DNA of 64,000 nt from Candidatus Nanoarchaeia archaeon (GTDB lineage Archaea; Nanobdellota; Nanobdellia; Jingweiarchaeales; Jingweiarchaeaceae), in NCBI GenBank assembly GCA_038874075.1, contig JAVZDD010000001.1:8701-72700 (forward strand). The letters run 5' to 3'. The notes beneath the pieces were generated by a model, which ran no database searches, was not told the DNA's origin, and saw only the letters and a program-made list of their open reading frames with translations. Positions 61,301 to 64,000 of this stretch are shown here, piece by piece. A program made the position numbers and the translations under genes. Numbering within the stretch: position 1 is the stretch's first letter; every line of letters begins with the position of its first letter.

Positions 61301-64000
61301 GACAGTAGGTACTTGGATCAAGACAATAATTATCATTAACAAGTGTGTTCATCCAATAAATCTTGTACATGCCAACAGCGCATATTTCTCCGCCATCTGT
61401 TGCTGCGAGTGTTATTGGTGTCTGACTCGTTATCCATTTCGGATAGCCACCTTGTCCTTCAACTAGTGGTTGACCATATGTCTTGGTTGTTGTTGGTGGG
61501 ACTGTATCCACTTTATCAATTTCTACATGGATTTGTTCTGTATTGCCTAAAACATCCACACAATAATACTCTAATGTGTGTACAGAATCTTCTGGGAAGG
61601 TGAATTCTACATTACCATCTTCATCAACAAACCATTGTGTAAATTGACCATCATCGACTTTATATCTCCAATAAACTTTAACATGATTTGATGGGTGTGG
61701 TTCTTGGTCAACGCAATCTAATGTTATTTTTGTCTGTTGCGTTATCCAATAATCACAACCTTGGCTTTCTCCACATTCTATCTTTGGTTCCCCTATTATC
61801 TTTGTTGTTACGGGTGCTTTATCATCAACAATATCCAATTCAAAATGATGATTCTCTTCCCATCCGCAGCCATCTACTGCCCAGTATTCTATTAAATGGT
61901 AAGACTCTTTGCTCAATGTGATTGTCACGTCTTGGTTTTCTTCACCCATACCTTCCTGATCCAATAGCCATTGATCATTTGGATTGACCTTGTAGTAAAC
62001 TTTCCAATATATTTTTGTCTTGTCTGCATGCTCTCCTGTTTTTTGTGGGTCAGGGTCTTCAGCATGAAGTGTTATTTGAGTCCCTGTTTTCACAAATTGA
62101 CACCCATTTGTTAATTGAATACCTTGAGGTAGATTAGCGGCTGTTATTTCATCACTTGTGCATTCATGCGATACTCCTCCTGCAGGAATCAAAGTTTTAG
62201 TTGTTATTGGGGCAAGCGTGTCTCTGACAAATGAAACACCCAGACACTCAGAAATCTTTCCCCAATTCTCTGCTGTGTCCTTTCCTCTTAATCTTATGTA
62301 ATGTGTTCCATCTGATAACTTACTTGCATCAACGAAAGCACCTATGTATGCACATTTGTAACCATCCCACCTCGTGAAGTTATAAGAAGTGTCCATCCAA
62401 ATTCCGCTCCAAGGAGCTGGAATTGGTGGTATCACAACATCAATAAAGTATTCTCCACCTTGGATCTTTGATTCTTGATCACAAACTGTTGCATTGAGCC
62501 ATGTATTATTTCCACAAATCAAGTATTCATTCGGATATAGAACATTATCTAAGTAAATATCATAAGCACAATCTGGTGGGAGTATGTCCTCTTCAAAATA
62601 GGTACATTCACAGTTACCCCAATTCCCAGCATTATCTTGTGCTCTCACACAAACCCAATTCACTCCATCACTCTTAAAAACAATGTTCTTCTTCAAAAGG
62701 TATTCTACTAATTTGTCTAAATCAAAACTACCATCATCCGCTGGATATATCGTGCCTTTAACAGGTGCCTCGGGGTCGCATGAGGCATAGGAATCCGGAC
62801 CAACGAAAAATTCAGCTGTTTTTATCACTGTACAAGTATCCTCTGTCTTGGCTGTTAAGTTGAATACTCCATTGTTGTAATGTGGAGTCACGACAACATT
62901 CGAAGTTGTTGGACCAATCGTGTCTCTTGGACCCAATAACGGATCACAATAATCATTGCAACCCATTCCACTCGTTAATAAGCCACAACCATTCTCTGTA
63001 CATGTTTGATATCCATAATAACATATCCCATCTTTTACCGTGCCAGGTTCCGGACAATATTGAGAGTCGCGATAGTCACATACACACTCAGTATCACAAC
63101 TTCCACTATAATAGCAAGTATCATCAATTATCTTGGGTTGACATTCTATTCCAAAACCATCACACTCAGCTGAACAAGTTCTTATGCCATTGCCTATTGG
63201 TATTACTGGACCACCATCCTGCCCATCAGAATCAGCACAAGTGTGGGAAATTTCTTGTTGTTTTGGAACACATTCAAGTATTTTCAGGTTACACTCACCA
63301 GGCACCTCTGGCCTATAATCAAATGTTAGTAAGTAATTGTCTGGGTTATAATCGCACACTGCTATTTCAGGATAAAAGTATGGTTCACCAAAAGATTCAC
63401 AATCTGAATCGCTTGAACAACAAAAATTTCCATTAGTTCCATTTTTTCCTATACAGTCTAAGTCAGCGCAGTCTATGTAACCATCACAATCATTATCATA
63501 ACCATCAGTACAGTTTGTCTCAAGAGGTGCTGGTTCTTCATTCCATATCAAGGTGAATAAGCCACCTGTTTCAAAACATATAAGTTTAACTCCTCCACAT
63601 TCCTTTTCAAAGCATGAAGGACACTCTATGCTCCCGCACGTCCAATTTTTACTACAGGGTTTCTTACCCACTACATAACAACCATTAGGCCCGCAAGAGT
63701 AGTCATCTCCCCATTCTTGAATCTCTCCTGTTCCGACACCGATGCATTCTATACCAGTAGTGCAATCTAATTCGTCACAGTCTTGCGTATCGCTATACTG
63801 GCAAGTACAATCTTGTAAACATGTTCCACTATGATACCAAACATTTCCAACACACTCACCTTCACAATCGTCATTTGAATCACACTCAGCATCACATTTC
63901 TCTACGCTACAAGTGTGTGTTATTGTTGGGTCTCCTTGCGTGCACGCATCCTTATTTTCATCACAAACGCTTATGAAAGCATTTCTAAAATCCCAAGTTG
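55326..64000 (-). CDS. Giant acidic Cys-rich surface protein with Ig-like repeats (over 2,890 aa; 5' end outside window)
   Basis: The frame has no stop from 63671 to the window end (read by hand). About 10 H.LE[YW]Y.VD..GN.E repeats, a MAM/InhA-like insert and C-terminal Big-like domains. Confidence 0.88.
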   Translation of the reverse strand, partial: TWDFRNAFISVCDENKDACTQGDPTITHTCSVEKCDAECDSNDDCEGECVGNVWYHSGTCLQDCTCQYSDTQDCDELDCTTGIECIGVGTGEIQEWGDDYSCGPNGCYVVGKKPCSKNWTCGSIECPSCFEKECGGVKLICFETGGLFTLIWNEEPAPLETNCTDGYDNDCDGYIDCADLDCIGKNGTNGNFCCSSDSDCESFGEPYFYPEIAVCDYNPDNYLLTFDYRPEVPGECNLKILECVPKQQEISHTCADSDGQDGGPVIPIGNGIRTCSAECDGFGIECQPKIIDDTCYYSGSCDTECVCDYRDSQYCPEPGTVKDGICYYGYQTCTENGCGLLTSGMGCNDYCDPLLGPRDTIGPTTSNVVVTPHYNNGVFNLTAKTEDTCTVIKTAEFFVGPDSYASCDPEAPVKGTIYPADDGSFDLDKLVEYLLKKNIVFKSDGVNWVCVRAQDNAGNWGNCECTYFEEDILPPDCAYDIYLDNVLYPNEYLICGNNTWLNATVCDQESKIQGGEYFIDVVIPPIPAPWSGIWMDTSYNFTRWDGYKCAYIGAFVDASKLSDGTHYIRLRGKDTAENWGKISECLGVSFVRDTLAPITTKTLIPAGGVSHECTSDEITAANLPQGIQLTNGCQFVKTGTQITLHAEDPDPQKTGEHADKTKIYWKVYYKVNPNDQWLLDQEGMGEENQDVTITLSKESYHLIEYWAVDGCGWEENHHFELDIVDDKAPVTTKIIGEPKIECGESQGCDYWITQQTKITLDCVDQEPHPSNHVKVYWRYKVDDGQFTQWFVDEDGNVEFTFPEDSVHTLEYYCVDVLGNTEQIHVEIDKVDTVPPTTTKTYGQPLVEGQGGYPKWITSQTPITLAATDGGEICAVGMYKIYWMNTLVNDNYCLDPSTYCQPIHSYESEGWNEYTGPFYKTEQSCHMIEYYSVDLLGNKEPIKTQCVFVENTPPVSQKSLGTPKHECTQEEKTQYGINDCWFMTDETPIELSCADQQPHPVDDVKIHYKIEWKMNWEDNWQTVKEETVGNYIKFYYEDLPNYESYHRLTWYCVDALGNKESEHVELDIVDTKPPVSQKTLDNPKHACTSDEQALYYPNMPNPTDGCYFITQKTLITVSCSDQDPHPVNHVKIYYRDYLVGEQPGDFKEYVVYDNEPLVIYKEKDSAHVLEWYCVDELGNTEQLHVEYDIVDSVPPQGIKTIGEPKIKCESTTFSDNVENGAGEWTATGLWHITEYRSHSPTHSWAYNKESDHNYDTGFENSGELISKDIILGDNSQLTFWSYENTEKLSPYDAREVYVNDGSGWVKVWTSTGPEDQWRQVTIDLSAYTGKNVKIKFRFDTIDSLFNNYEGWYVDDIEITNIKNCDYWVSDKVTTITLDCDDSWDNQVPHPVDHEKMCYRISFDDPQQPWLTTQYCTQFGGTMEGDYCCADVSGESKYTFTFQEDSLHDLEYYCVDALGNQNQVDVEYFRVDSVPPEITKTIVGPHHGDCLPQNPNDVCFIDGITTIDVQMTDPDPTGRGCNVGGVYCEWGYYLDDDYQKFYGWYDKFPISFPEETKHELHIRCWDALGNEMIEDVEVFYVDKTAPTTTKTYGQPLVEGQGGYPKWITSQTPITLTVEDTGPHKSGIKETKYRVTLVDDTYCESQTACEDATGSGDWLTYTGPFKITEDSCHLIEFYSVDNVDKTEQTKRQCVYVDNKPPVSTKYFDGFSKPCDELPCAASGDCDYYIKQNTKIVLTCEDQSPHPVDDVKIYYRYYLDDVLKQDWTLYTEPIQYSEDSKHTLEWYCVDALGNKEDTHTQVERVDTTPPETTKSIGQPQWDNGYWITSQTPITLTALDKQEMCAAGPEKLHYEIWWDSNCDGEVDTKIEEKDIYTDENCNLKTTFYLGEECLHEIRWYAEDALGNVEQEHVQYHKVDNTPPHILILKPVDGWYSDGEDIPIVTLAEDLTNPHGPCENPLSGMCNVGIEDGRQCYAYLIDLLPEFKIVELETDGTLVYNAEAKECQGYATIPNPSGIPDGVVFLAVSVDDNLGNMGNSLGEVYHSIMMQCGCEDGYMENCPPTCIADVIQDIVTIWNLPKIGIDNHAPEVEVTLPFENDLLGSHPIQISADILDSYEGQVTGGITTGTPCYITLGGISLGSVPYDNTNRMCYGTIMVPNDKELPQGEQELKVEIADNAGNIGSDSVMVNVDTIAPALEIQYPENNMFVKGTIDIQVLVDEANVPEPMKIEISTDNGQTWNEVSDCEYIGPSPGYEYKCTYSWDTTTATDGLAYGIIARLTDNVGNTGYSEQVIVIVDNGEPESVAIIRPLNNEYISGSEAAIEIEAVTADAVSGIERVEFYRMVYGEDESEYPELIGLDDSQQDGWMITWMPEQTDTYTIYAVAYDNLGNSLKSRDVRFTYDNVWPSVEIQSPLTPVWKKAGEMLEVSFLCKEDNPKSFKIMVFTGGGGTIVGHIDSEDSSMLYRCYAGTEPITYMVPIYESTPEGTYHLEVYVYDKAGNGKNDIAWGVVKIDNYLPQPVNIGTQNVDNPPYDRDGDYKVIWNGGSDTNFDRFDIEVDGSIVNSVTSPYTGVSSDGMHTYRVRAVDKAGKTTWSEHVNVFVDTYAPSITPDTQYSVPMLGWFVNFTITDLTPSSGLQEPIYSTDATLPPLCYFNSLTKIGYCYVITTLGGGNWLDINIRDNAGWNVTRRIERGVPIDFTPPEIVNSAPGGILDGSEGIMLQVFTNEPATCKFDVLSRSYDTMAYIMNTLEGDGTYHYYELSGLQDGMYAYHVKCKDVAGNVMTNSEMIIFVLDTTGNYNVTINLHAGWNGFFLPRLVLEDIDSLGGDYSVWNVLESISGNYTVIWYYDGTMWKYYNPEWGNNPPPLPWALTEFNDQQNRPYWIYMTQGDRLEIE
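59185..61498 (-). repeat. 67-bp direct repeat with one mismatch (59185-59251 and 61432-61498)
   Basis: Encodes PTTTKTYGQPLVEGQGGYPKWI in both copies, 2247 bp apart. Confidence 0.93.

Overview
This is an AT-rich, very compact archaeal window. The ribosomal, RNAP and KEOPS genes are archaeal, and the giant surface proteins, GGTGA Shine-Dalgarno sites and many gene overlaps fit a DPANN-type genome (inference). The conserved superoperon rpoE1-spt4-S24e-S27ae-kae1 ... bud32-S15-DHH-S3ae is split by about 27.5 kb of accessory DNA. Its core is a 4862-aa, sequon-rich surface protein whose C-terminal TM helix is followed by an intact HerA/DUF87-type ATPase. It is co-oriented with a coiled-coil protein, a paralogous 1712-aa surface protein and MinD, and flanked by a divergent ExeA-like AAA ATPase and a second coiled-coil gene. 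The middle of the window holds cysS, Taw1, tRNA-Gly(GCC) and an archaeal lipid cluster (IPK, GGR, GGGPS, GGPPS). It also holds a tightly coupled operon (SPASM radical SAM, amidohydrolase, B12-type radical SAM, dTMP-kinase-like, NUDIX) divergent from a CARF/Csa3-like HTH regulator. The end has endA, rdgB, maf, htpX, lemA, DUF2207 and two Cys-rich surface proteins, one over 2,890 aa and running off the window. No rRNA, CRISPR array, transposase or integrase was recognised. All family calls are from motif recognition by eye; no searches were run.
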